Below are positions 1-11,612 of a stretch of DNA of 64,000 bases, piece after piece. Source of the stretch: Cycas panzhihuaensis (Eukaryota > Plantae > Cycadophyta); the NCBI GenBank assembly GCA_023213395.1, contig CM041465.1, positions 124,503,741 through 124,567,740 on the forward strand, given 5' to 3'. Each line of letters starts with the position of its first letter. Position 1 is the first letter of the stretch. Made by a program: the position numbers and the translations under genes. The notes beneath the pieces are model-generated. The model saw only the letters and a program-made list of their open reading frames with translations. It ran no database searches and was not told the DNA's origin.

Positions 1-1138
1 ATCTTTGGCAATCTTTGTTGGCTATTATGTATTATCATAGGATGGGACGTCACACAGGATTGGGGATCACAATTCTATAACACGGCTACAATATTGATGC
101 CCTAAGTTGGGTGACTTCATTAACAGGCCTTGCTACACACACAAATAAATTTCTTGCCCAAACAACATGTCTCATTATTTTGTCGTTAAATATTAATATT
201 CTACCATAAAGATATGTATGCAAACCTTTGTTTTCATAACACACGGATCTCTAATTAACCACTCTTTTTTATGTCTGCAACACAATATTATTTCTGCCAT
301 CAAAACCCTAGCTCTTACTGCCACAAGTTTTATTACAACAAGCCTTTCAAACCCTTGCTCATAAACCATAATCATGTCACCACGATGTATACCTTTGTCA
401 CTAGTGCCAACATACCTCAACATTAATTTGCCATATCTCACACTGTACAAGTTTGCTACTTGTTTGGCTTATACTAATAAGTTACTGGCTTACTTTTCAC
501 TAGTTTGCTTCTCATGTATTCATAACAATCTTCACATTCATTATTTTTGTGCTCATCTCTCAACAACAAACTACTGCAAAAATACCATTGACTGGAAGAA
601 AATCCAAAAGTTAAAGTGGACAAAAAATTCCATGAATGAAAATTGGGTAAGAGAGATGTCATCAACAACACTTATCTTATCTTTGCTACTATTAATTACA
701 ATTTGATGAGATGGCTAACCTCCACACATCTCATTTAATTCCGTACGGGGTCAACCCATATCAATGAATATAACTGGCAATAGTATCTTCTTGTCTTCAT
801 CATATTCAATGGACTTGTTCAACTTGCATGTTTCAAATACAATATCAACATACTAAATAAATTGTCCACATAAATTAAATAATATACCCATCAATTTTGA
901 TTTTATCATCATGTGGCTTCATCATCTATATGTAGCTTTGAATCATCTTCATTTTGCCCGAGAATCTTGGTCACATATCACTAACATGGTCAACTTTAAC
1001 TCATCAAAATTGGCTCCTGTACTGGCCCATACTAGCTTTGTAACTGACTCAATACTAGCTCATATAAGTTTCAATTTGCTTCACAAGATCTTTCACAACA
1101 TGGCTACCAACCAAGCTCTCACTATGGCTCTGATGCCA
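1..1138 (-). mobile_element. Degenerate LTR-retrotransposon internal region with PBS
   Basis: GGCTCTGATGCCA at 1126-1138 is the reverse complement of the tRNA-iMet PBS TGGCATCAGAGCC. It abuts an LTR-like end TATTAGA (1139) that pairs with TCTAACA (1783-1789). No recognisable intact domain inside. Confidence 0.45.
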
Positions 1139-1166
1139 TATTAGAATTTTTAATTGTCTAATACCA

Positions 1167-1665
1167 TGTTAAAATGTATTCATCATACATAGTGGAAGTA
1201 TATCAATCAAGTATAATAAATTAATCATATCATGAGGAATATGAAGAATATATACACAATTCAAGTCATGTAAGATCAACATATCAAGATATATCATGAA
1301 CATCACCGTAATGAACAATGAGCATGCACCACAAGAGGCAACAAATTTATACGTGAAAAACCTAGTGTGGAAAAAAAACATGGGAGAAGGTTGGAGTTGG
1401 GAGCTTCTCTTTATGATATCCAAATGATTACACCTCTAAGTCAATCCTTCCTCTCTCAAGTTTTCAAGTGGTATGTGTACATATTTATAGATATGTCATC
1501 TCATGAATAGCCTATAATATCTCTTTAGCCTTTTTATCATCCAATAGGATTTGTGCATAAATATATGTGCTAGTCACATTTATCAATGCTTTTGTAAGTG
1601 AGACAATGTGAGTTCACAATAATACATTAAACATTAGATATGTGAAAGTATCGCATATTCCAACA
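1167..1665 (-). mobile_element. Orphan Copia-type LTR with PBS stub and PPT-like stub
   Basis: TGTT...CAACA termini; internal TTTATACGTGAAAAACC...AAAAAAACATGG motif typical of Copia LTRs; CTAATACCA (PBS stub) immediately left and CATTCCCCATCA (PPT-like on minus strand) immediately right. Confidence 0.6.
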
Positions 1666-1806
1666 CATTCCCCATCATTATCGTACAATTAAATTCACAA
1701 TAAGTATGCATAATTATTCATGATTGATTCATTCTTTTCTAAAAAGCATGCAAGAATAGAAAATGACAATTATTTTATAGAATCTAACAACACTAAGATC
1801 ACAGTT

Positions 1807-3556
1807 ATGGATACTCCACAAGCAAATATCTCCTTTAGAGAGTTGGACGATGTTCAAATACACATAGAGTGGTAAGTCATGCCACTACTTCAGTCGGACT
1901 TGAACAATATATAGGTACTATTGTTTTACCTGTTGCCCCAAAATTTCTTTTACTAGTGGCAGCAATGATTGCCCTACAACCCTCCATACTAGATTTTTTT
2001 GTAGAAGCAATAGCACATATGACAGGGTTACCAATAGGCGGTGACGATGTACCAAAGGATAAACAAATCCCTCGGAGACAAGCAACATGAGAATTAGGGG
2101 CAGATGTAGCCTAGGTATCTAGTTCAGGTATCAAGAATTCAAGTATCAATTCAGAATTGATCAGATGGATCACATACATTCTGTTTGCTAAAATAATTCT
2201 GGGGCAAAAAATCTGTATGCTCTAGCAAACCTTTGATCTATATCAATATCATGCTTGTCTCCTACAAGCAATTAATTGGGCTAAGTTCATCTCTGAGAAA
2301 TTTTAGTAAAATTTGCTAAAAATAAAGCATGTAGGATAGGCAATAATCTTTTTTCAACCTACATTACTTCAAGGACTATTTTTGCCCAATGCGCAAGAAT
2401 TTAATTACTAGTTCTAGAACAAGGCCAATCTCAATTAGCTACATGGATGAAATATTTCAATAGGGAGAATGTAGATTCACAATATTTCTGGCAAATCGTG
2501 CATGCACAAGATACTGCCAAGGCATGGATTCAACAAAGATGGCAGAAGGCTGTACAATCATCTCCTTTAAGAGAAATAGTTAACGAGGAAGATAAAGAAC
2601 TAGAAAAGCGAGAAGACGAGAACTCATAGGTAAGAACGTGCAGCCAAAAGAGTGAAGAAGATAGAAAGAAGCAAATAAAGGAGGGTAAAAAGATTGTAGA
2701 AGTAGAAAAGGGAGAGCAATCACAACTAACCACCAATAACAAAGCCAAAAATGCAAACATAAAAATAGGCCAAAATGAATTACTGGATGAACAAAAGAAG
2801 CTAACAGTCTCTCACGAAGATTTAATAAAGGAAGTCAAGAAGAAAAGAAAATGAAAATTAATAGAAAAAATATTATAGGAACCGAAAGAGATAGAATTAT
2901 CTAAAGATGAAGAAGGATTGGACCCTATGATGTGAAATCTTCAAAATGTCTCAAATTAGAAAACCTCATTTCTAGCAAGTGCAACCTAACAATTGGTCAC
3001 AGAGCTAGAAAGCAAAACACAGAAAGCACTATCAAGCCAAAGAGCCCTAAAACAATTGAAGGACCAACTTCATGAAGTTCAACAGAAAATTGCTCTTGTT
3101 GAAGAAAAATTGGATTTTCTGTGCAAATTTATTATGGAATAGGTTGATGACGTCTCAGATGTACAAACTCAAAAGGAGAAATTTAAGGACACATTTGTTT
3201 TGCAAATGCCAGAAGAACTAGAAGAAGTGATATGTAAATTGCGTGTGTGGATCTTCAAAACATATGAGGATGCTAAGCAACCATAGAAGTTAATAAGAAA
3301 GATTCACATCCTGCAAAAGGAATTGATACCCACAACAGCCTTGACATAGGACCTATATGATGATATCACCAAACTGCAGACAGACAATTTACCAAACACG
3401 AAACAACTTGAGGACCAGCAAGATGTCCTAATTTTATATGACATTGTCTGCTTGAAAGGGTGGATACCTCCATCAAACATTGTGCGACCCAATCCTATAT
3501 ATTTAAAACAGGAAATCTTAAAACTTAAAAAGGCTAGACAAGAGGCTTATGAGTGA
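1807..3556 (+). pseudogene. Decayed additional retroelement ORF (plant transposon-protein/PMD-like N-terminus, coiled coil, conserved C-terminal domain)
   Basis: Interrupted frame with IAHMTGLPIGG and INWAKFIS motifs, an E/K-rich middle, and a C-terminus that aligns with 9030-9655 (EEKLDFLCKFIME vs EAKLEFLIKFILH). Confidence 0.5.
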
Positions 3557-3738
3557 GGGCAATCTAAACATCCCTCATTCAAAATTTTGGGGGAAGGAAT
3601 AAAGGAGAAAATTTTTTAATTTTTGGTCAAGTGAGGGCACTTGACACACCTATGCCAAGGGAGATGTATGCAACAATGAAGTATAAAAGTGAAGTAAGAA
3701 GTAAGACGTACAATCAATGGTTCGGTTGAAATTGGCAA

Positions 3739-3995
3739 GTGCAATCACAGTTGGGATTGCAACTAGCAGGTACAATCAAAAGGCAAATTACAAACAATAA
3801 GCACAATCACAGCCAAGATTGCAACCAATAGGTACAATCAAAAGCCAAATTGCAATCAATAAGTGTAATCACAATCGAGATTGCAACCAATAAGTGCAAT
3901 CAAGAGCCAGATTGCAATCAACAAGTGCAATCCTAGTCGAGATTGCAATCAATAAGTGCAATCATAGCCTAGATTACAATCAAGGATCACAATCC
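3739..3995. repeat. Tandem ~30-31 bp repeats in LTR with palindromic GATTGCAATC core
   Basis: About 8 imperfect copies of GATTGCAATCAATAAGTGCAATCACAGCCGA. Confidence 0.85.
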
Positions 3996-4502
3996 AAACT
4001 TATATTGTACCATTAGATTACAATCAATTAATGGATTATAGTTAGAATTATGATAAAATGAAGATTAAGTCTAATTAGAGACACTAATTAGTTATTTTGG
4101 TAGAAATAGGAAAGACGACTGAAATCTGTGATTGTATGAATAATGCACTTGCTTCATGTCTTATGCCTTAGATTAGGGATTTTATTTATCGTCTTGATGT
4201 ACGATTATAGTTAATCTTTTCTTTGTTTGAGTCCTCCAGTTTGTACTGTTCTTAGAACCACATTTGGTTGTGAGAGAACCAAATGTAGTACCTATTTGAA
4301 TTTATGCAAACAGTTGGTTCCTACTTGGAAATTATGCTGTAAATTCTGGATATTACATGCGTTCTTGTATTTCCTTTGGATAATGATGTCGGTAGTTAAA
4401 TAAGAGATACTAGAACACACATTCACCTATGTCACCAGGCAACCTTTGATTTTATCAAGCTATATAGAACCCTTGCCTCAACCATATACCTTCGTTCAAT
4501 TA

Positions 4503-4996
4503 TGATACCATGTTAAAACTATGAATATAACATACACAAACAATTTGAACAAGATCTTAATCATACACAATAAGCACACACAAAATAACAGTACACAAGA
4601 TTTACATGGGAAAACCTTGCATTAAAAAAACCATGGCAACCAAAAACACTACATTGATGTCTCACAACTTGATGTAATTACAATAGACTCTGGGATCTTA
4701 TATAGTCCCCCAAATGGGACATCCAACTCATTGGTTGTGACCCTCCAGGATTCACACCCTTTGACTTAACAAAGCATTTAACATTAACAAAATGTAATTA
4801 ACATTAACTGCCACACTACATAAGATAACCTATGAGAATACACAAATACATGAGCTCTAAACACACATTCTAATAATGCTGATAGATTAATATCTACACA
4901 TATGTGCACCTCTTTAGGATGACTATGCGCAACATTTGAGAGATGACTATTGCAATAATCATGGATTGACTATTGATTAAACATTATTCTCTAACA
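4503..4996 (-). mobile_element. Orphan Copia-type LTR (4511-4996) with PBS stub
   Basis: TGATACCA then TGTTA...CTAACA; GATTTACATGGGAAAACC...AAAAAACCATGG motif; no TSD visible. Confidence 0.55.
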
Positions 4997-6385
4997 CATC
5001 CTAGTTGTCTTCACATGACTCCTCTTTGATGCCAATGTTCTTCATTCTATCACACATTTGGCCTTTATCATTCTACCAAATCATTGCAAGACCTTTTTCA
5101 GGTCCTATATGCCTCATCATTCTAGACCCTTAGTTAAAAGGTCATTGATCACCTCACAGGGTACCAGAGAAAACAATTACCTTGACCTTTTTAAGGTCAA
5201 ATTTTAATAATTTTATGTGACTTGACTTCAACCATTAGTCATCACACAAGGTGCTAGTATTAGATTCACTAGCTTCGCCTTTTAGGCCCAAGACAACATC
5301 AATTTTTAACATTTTTGCTTAAATATAGTCACTAAAAAAAAGCTCGACTTAACTTTAGACTTTACTTTTTCTAACAAAATAGAACCCAATGTAGTCTTGT
5401 AACACTCATTTTAAAGACATTTGAATGTGAAATTCAACAAAACAGATGAAATTAAAATTTGATGTTTGTGTGCAGGCTAAATTAGTTGCAAACCGAGTAA
5501 TGTAATTGATCATATGTGGAACCCATCTTGAAGAAGGAACGATTGCACCCAACTTAGTCTGCAATTACAAAAGAAGAAGAATAAATCCAAAGGTGGGGTG
5601 TGTGTGTAGGGGGGCTGGGGGCTACAGAGCGTGACGCGCCTATGTACATTGTACTTGCTATGTATTGTTCTAAATACTGTGTACTGCTCTGGGTTGCCTC
5701 TGGTTGTGAGAAAACTAGAAGCAACCTGTCATAATGCAATGACTATCGTTTTGCCTCATGAATTTATTGTATTCTGAATGTTTTGATTGAATTGTATTTA
5801 GATATTGTTGTCTCTTGTGCCTACTTATGCAAGTTGATAAGCAGAAGCACACATTAGTTCCATTGTCGTTTTGAACCAAAGCTGAGTAGGATGGGTACGA
5901 TTGAGTAAAAGCATCGTGTCCTCTTCTATGCCACCCAGAGCAGAGGTTGAATCACGCCGCGATCAAGGTGAATGTTGGGAGAGAGAGAAACTTCAAACGA
6001 GAATATGTAGGCCAATTACACAAGAAAGCAAGTGAAGAGGTAGCCATTTGCACATTCGACGAAGAGGAGAAAGTCGAGGAACAAGGATGAGGTGAAGGAA
6101 CAAAAGTTGGAAGCAACTAAGAGGCAGGCAAAAGATGAAAATAATTAGGGGATTGCATTTGAAGAGGATCCTGTAAACGAAGAACCAGAGCAAGTAACGT
6201 GTGTCGAAAGAAATAGTCAAAAGGATTCTGTGGGAGAAGAAAATCTGTGGAAGGATGAAACATTAATGCCAGAGGAAAATTCTATCAAATTGGATATATA
6301 TAGTGTAGTCGAACAAGCTTGGAATCATCATTTGTTAGAGATTCAAACTCCAAGTCACATAATAAATCCTCTTTATAAGCTACCA

Positions 6386-8385
6386 ATGGCAAGCCCAGGT
6401 AGCAGTGTGGGAGGTGCAGCAAGAAGTAATACACTACCCGTAGCAGGACAAAGCGGGGTATCAGGTGGAGGCAATCAAGTGGGCACAACCCCTTATATTA
6501 TTGTGCAAAGTGACTCAATGTTATCAAGCCTCCAATTCGATGGATCCACAGATCCATGTGATCATTTGGCATTATTCAAAAATATGATCCAAATTAAAAG
6601 AATTGTGGATCAGGGAGAAATAAAAGTTCATTTTTCTCAATGTTGAGAGGACCAATAGTTGCATGGTTTTAGTATGTAGTAGCACAACAATTGAATTGGG
6701 ATCAATTGCAAGAGCAATTTTTGAACAAGTTCCAAAAATTAAGAGATCCAATAGCCATTTTACAAGCTTTGGAAGAGATCCAGCAATATCTCAGGGAATC
6801 TATTAACAATTTTGATGGAAGAATGAGAGTTATCATGGATAAAATGCAATCTACAACGGCAATCAATCCCATGTTGGCAATGAAATAGTTTGTGCAAGGA
6901 CTAATACCACAACTTAGAGATAAGGTAATGGTACATCCAATGAATAACTATGAACAAGTAACGAAGTTGGCTCTTAAATTTGAAAACTAGATGAAATTCT
7001 TCTACTCCCAGATGGCCATGCAATCATCAATGTATTTTTCAGTAACGTGCATTACAATGCAGTCTATGAAAACACTGTAGATGGCCACCAATCCATAAAT
7101 TGAAGCCTTGAGAAAGGAGGTGGAAGCATTGAAGAAGCAATCATCAGTTTCTGTCCCAGCCAACAAGTAACAGAATCAGGAGCTAGAGAAGCTACGGGCG
7201 GAATTGTCTCACTTGCGACTTGAAAAATCAAGGGAAAATATTTGGTGTTCCCCACCTTGCAATCAACAAGGGCACCTGAAGGATGCGCATGCAGGATTAA
7301 TGAAATAGTGTGAAAATTGTCGAAGAAACAACCATAATACATGGGAATGTTATTTCAGACCCAAAAACAACGAAGGAGAAGTTCATAATGTTTATTCACA
7401 AAGAACGAAATGAGGAACACTGGAGCAATATAAAGGAAAAACAAGACCAATTCATTGTTTCTTATGTCAAAGATGGGGACATTATAGATTTGAGTGTCCA
7501 CTGGAAAAGAGAGAAGGAGAATTTATTTGTGAAGAATGTGGACCAACAGACCACAAACGGGCAAATTGTCCAAAGAATAATAAAATTCAAAATGCAAATC
7601 TAGTAGATGTGATTTTGAACTAGGAAAAGTCGGCGTATTTGCAAACACGTGGCAGCAGGACAATAGGACCTCCTCCCCAAGATAATTTTCCAAATCTAAT
7701 AGTCAAGAAACAACGATTGCAGGAAATAGTGAAAATCCTTCAAGATGTTATGGGGGAAGCACAACAAGAAGAATTACAACAAAAAAGATTTAAACACTTA
7801 CATTATAAGAGGAGAGCGGTGCAACCACTAGAAGGTATGAATCCTTGGCAATGGTTATAAACTGTAAAAGATGTACTTACTAAATTAGGAGTATCGATTC
7901 CTATATCAGTTGTATTTAAATGGTGGGAAGCAAGTTACTTCCAATAATTAGTACTAAAACAAATTGAAAAACTAGTACTTAGGACTATAAATGATACAGG
8001 AGTAGACCCCAGAGTCCCAATGATGGTCTTTGGAACAACCTATGTAAAACAATTGTGGATGGGGGCTCAGGAGTAAACGTGTTACCCGAATCTTCTTGGA
8101 TAGCTCTGGGAAGGCCCAATGTAGTTGACCATAATTATTCCATCAGATTAGCTAATCAACTATAGGTAAGGCCTATGGGTACACTATTGAATGTTCCAGT
8201 AACTGTGGTAGAGGTTACTGTATTATTAGATTTTTTGGTAGTTCAAATACAAGATCAAAGGAGGACTTACCTGGCCTTGTTGGGGAGACCTTGGCTATTG
8301 GCCACGAAGCTATCCAAGACTGGGGAAAACACACATTCACTCTGCCTACAGGAGAAAAGACGATAACTTTTCCCTTGTGTTCAGA
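6386..8385 (+). pseudogene. Gypsy gag and aspartic protease remnant
   Basis: FDGSTDPCDHL and WDQLQEQFLNKF...ESINNFDGRMR gag motifs, Cys/His knuckle remnants, IVDGGSGVNVLP protease site (8052-8087), LLGRPWL; many stops and frameshifts. Confidence 0.8.
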
Positions 8386-8389
8386 TGGA

Positions 8390-9015
8390 TGTTATGAACC
8401 TATTCTTGTAACCATACAACATAGAGAAATAGAAATAGAAAATGATAAATAAAAGATAAAGAAAGAGATGAAGTTCCAAAAAACATTCATTAACATAAGA
8501 TTACAAATCACAATGACCATCCCACTCATACAATACATACATATATATGGGGCTATTAAGGCTACCCATCTCTTAGACTTATGCATGTGGGATAATTACA
8601 ATAAGAGTAACATCATATAGTGGAGGATCATAACATGCCCTCCCCCCAAAATGCTTTGCCCTCGAAGCATCTTGATTTAATGATACATGTGACCACCTCC
8701 TGTTATTATTATCCAATTGATAGCTCTTACAAAGGTCGTTAGAAAAGCTACGCGTTGAATGGGGATCTATCCATCCCAAGTTGATTTTGATACACCCTGG
8801 ATGTCCTTTGATATACTTTGGATATCTGTAATGTTGAAACCTTAAGCTCGAATATTGTCCTTGCCCGGTGTTTGTAGTTGATGAGTGCCTTGCCTAATAA
8901 ATTTTGTTGCATTGGGCCTCTTGATAATGTGGATGCCGATATGGTTCCACTTTAGTTTGTCTTTCAACCATTGGTGATGCCTTCTCTTCCTTGTCCTTGG
9001 GTGCCTTTTGATTTT
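8390..9015 (-). mobile_element. 3' end of a chromovirus-like element nested antisense in the Gypsy (LTR 8390-8635 plus PPT)
   Basis: TGTTATGAACC...GGATCATAACA inverted termini; minus-strand CTTCGAGGGCAAAGCATTTTGGGGGGAGGGCA PPT region; 5' part deleted together with host pol. Confidence 0.65.
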
Positions 9016-9029
9016 AACAGTGAGGAATG

Positions 9030-9655
9030 GGTGGAGGAGGGAATCAATCCAATGGAGTGCCAACCACATAATGTGGCACATTGGAAGGTCTCATTTCTGG
9101 CTAAAGTTATCCATCAGTTAGTAAGCGAACTGGAAACCTGAAGTAAAAGGCCAGCCCCAGATTGGTAGTGGATTCAAAAGGCAAAAGATCAGTTAGTAGC
9201 CTATGAAGCAAAGTTAGAATTTTTGATCAAATTCATCCTGCATTGGGTAGGTGACACATCCAAAGTGGATCATTTAGTGCCAATTTTTGATGCCATGTTT
9301 GCCGAGCAAATCTCACAGGGACTAGAAAAGGTAATACATAAGCTGGGAGCATCGATTATGTAGACGCGAGAAGATGCCGAGTATGCAAACCATTTCTGAT
9401 CGATGATTTCTTCATTGAGAATTGAATTGCTTTCTGTAGAAATGAGGAAGAGTGAACTGGAGGAAGAAATTGAACAGTTGCACTCGGGTGAGAAGCCAAC
9501 AATGGCCCAGTTGCAAGCATTACACGATGTCGTAATCTTTTATGACCCATTGTAGGAAGCAAAGCATAAATCTGCCCTGTACAATTTACTAATCGGACCC
9601 ACAGAGGATTCACGTTGAAATGGCAAAAGACAGAAAAGAACGAGAAGGCTGAAAT
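9030..9655 (+). pseudogene. C-terminal part of additional 3' ORF homologous to 2905-3556
   Basis: VEEGINPM...KVSFLAKVIHQLVSELE...LQALHDVVIFYD aligns with DEEGLDPM...KTSFLASAT*QLVTELE...LEDQQDVLILYD. Confidence 0.6.
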
Positions 9656-11282
9656 TTCTTTTTCTTTTAGTAATTGTAATACTTTATTTTTGGAATTTTT
9701 TGTTACTTACGAGTGGAAGCACTCATAAGAATTGTGGTAAGAGAGATGTATGCAGGCTGAATTAATTACAACCCGACTAATGTAATTGATCATATGTGGA
9801 ACCAATCTTGAAGAAGGAACGGTTGCAACCAACTTAGTCTGCAGTTACAAAAGAAGAAGAATAAATCGAGAAGTGGGGTGTGTGTGTTGGGGGGCTAGGG
9901 GTTACAGAGTGTGATGTGCCTCCGTATATTGTACTTGCTGTGTATTGTTTCAGATATTGTGTGTACTGCTTCAAGTTGCCTTTGGTTGTGAGAGAACCAG
10001 AAACAACCCGTCATAATGCAATGACTATGGTTTTGCCTCATGAATTTGTTGTGTTCTGAATATTTTGATTGAATTGTATTTAGACATTGTTGTCTCTTGT
10101 GCCTACTTATGCGGGTTGATAGGTAGCACACAATGTCATATATTGAAGTTATGAAACAAATAGAGCAACTAGGTATGAAATTTTAGCAAGCTTCTTAAAA
10201 ATTGGATCCTTGAAAACTGTTTTAGGGCAGAAAACTTCATGTGACCACTTTCAAATTGTAGAAAAATAGATTTTGCACCCAATAGCATCTTTATATTAAA
10301 AAATAGGTATCAAATAGAAACTGAAAATACTTTGGCTCCTTATCTACATGTGACTGTGGCTGAGAAGCTAGGGGGCTAAAAAATGGACTTTAAGTTATGT
10401 AACCTAATTAAATTTGAAAGGTTAGGGGAAAAAAATAGAATTGCACGAAAATAATCATCGTCGAGGGTTCTGCATTCAAATTTTTACCAATGGCCATTGT
10501 GGATTAGTTGTGATGCGCTGCAAATTCAAATTTGCTCTAGCCATGATCGATTTCTGTCTTTAAATCGACATTCAAATTCCTTTAAGCACTTCAACATTAT
10601 TTGTTCTCGGTAGAACCTATAGTCTCTCACAATCGAGCCCCTCATCTTCATGTCTTAGTGCATTTTATACACATGCATCTGAGCACATGTTTTTTTTATT
10701 AATTTTGTTGCATGGACATTCTAAAATTTGCAGACCATGCTCCCTTTGCATTCCACCCCTGCCACGGGTTCTCCTCATCACTCAACATTCTTCCCTCAAG
10801 CTGTCCATAGCTTCACGCATCTACATTTGATTTAAAATTGAAATGCTTCAACGTGGAGTGTCTCCTCCTCACTTCATGTTCAAACCCTCATTTCTTCTAA
10901 TGTTTTCAAGTTCTTAGTAGCCACCATCAACCCAATGATTCTCTTTACTACGTGGCAACCTTCCAATGGCGTTTCCTTCTTTCTCTGCCCTTGTCTGATG
11001 TGACCTAATATGGGATGGTTAGTCCTGCAAGCTCATCTCCTCTTCCATGGGGCCTCCCATTTTCTTCTACCAGCACTGCTCTTGCAACTCCAGATATGCA
11101 AGATCTTTAGCGCTTCTTTCAAACATTCATCATCTCATTCAATTGTTTCTTTCGTTTGGTCTTCGCCAGGCAAACAAGATGAATTTACAGATATGACACG
11201 GGAATGGAACCTACGAAAAAACTACAATATACACATACTAATCTTCAACAATGCCTAGACTTAATACTCTAATACTGAGCGA

Positions 11283-11426
11283 GTTGGCTCATCTTGAATA
11301 AGTCCAAAGTGATTAACAAGTCCTCTAAACCAAATGGCTTCACAAGCTGCTGTAACTACTGCTTTATATTCTGCCTCAATGGAAGACAAAGAAACTATAG
11401 ATTGTTTCTTACTGCTCCAAGAGATC
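11283..11426 (-). mobile_element. Copia RNase H fragment
   Basis: Minus-strand translation ISWSSKKQSIVSLSSIEAEYKAVVTAACEAIWFRGL. Confidence 0.85.
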
Positions 11427-11435
11427 AAACCAGAA

Positions 11436-11612
11436 CATCATTACCCAAGATGGCATTAAGATGGATCCAAAGAAGGTCCAAGAAATCATAGATTGGCCCT
11501 CACTTAAAAATATAACTAGTGTAAGAAGGTTCTTAGGTGTCGTCAATTTTTTACATTGTTTTATTAGGCAGTATGCCCACATTGCAGCTCCACTGTCAGA
11601 CCTGATAAAGAA
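11436..11612 (+). mobile_element. Gypsy RT C-terminal/connection fragment
   Basis: IITQDGIKMDPKKVQEIIDWPSLKNITSVRRFLGVVNF...YAHIAAPLSDL. Confidence 0.85.

Larger units (their letters stand above)
1807..4421 (+). mobile_element. 3' portion of an Athila/Tat-like Gypsy element (extra ORF, PPT, 3' LTR 3665-4421)
   Basis: PPT AAGGGAGA followed by TGTATGCA at 3665, ending ...AACACACA at 4421. Same termini and TGGTTGTGAGAGAACCA motif as the LTRs of the 5467-10132 element. Confidence 0.6.
5467..10132 (+). mobile_element. Gypsy (Athila/Tat-like) LTR retrotransposon lacking RT/RH/INT; LTRs 5467-5853 and 9747-10132
   Basis: ~386-bp direct repeats with TG...CA ends, TSD ATGTT/ATGTC, PBS-like TTAGTTCCATTGTCG at 5854, PPT AAGAGAGA, gag and protease remnants inside. 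Confidence 0.88.

Noticed and set aside
3739-3995. CRISPR-like appearance of palindromic ~30-bp units
   Set aside because: No unique spacers, no cas genes, eukaryotic LTR context.
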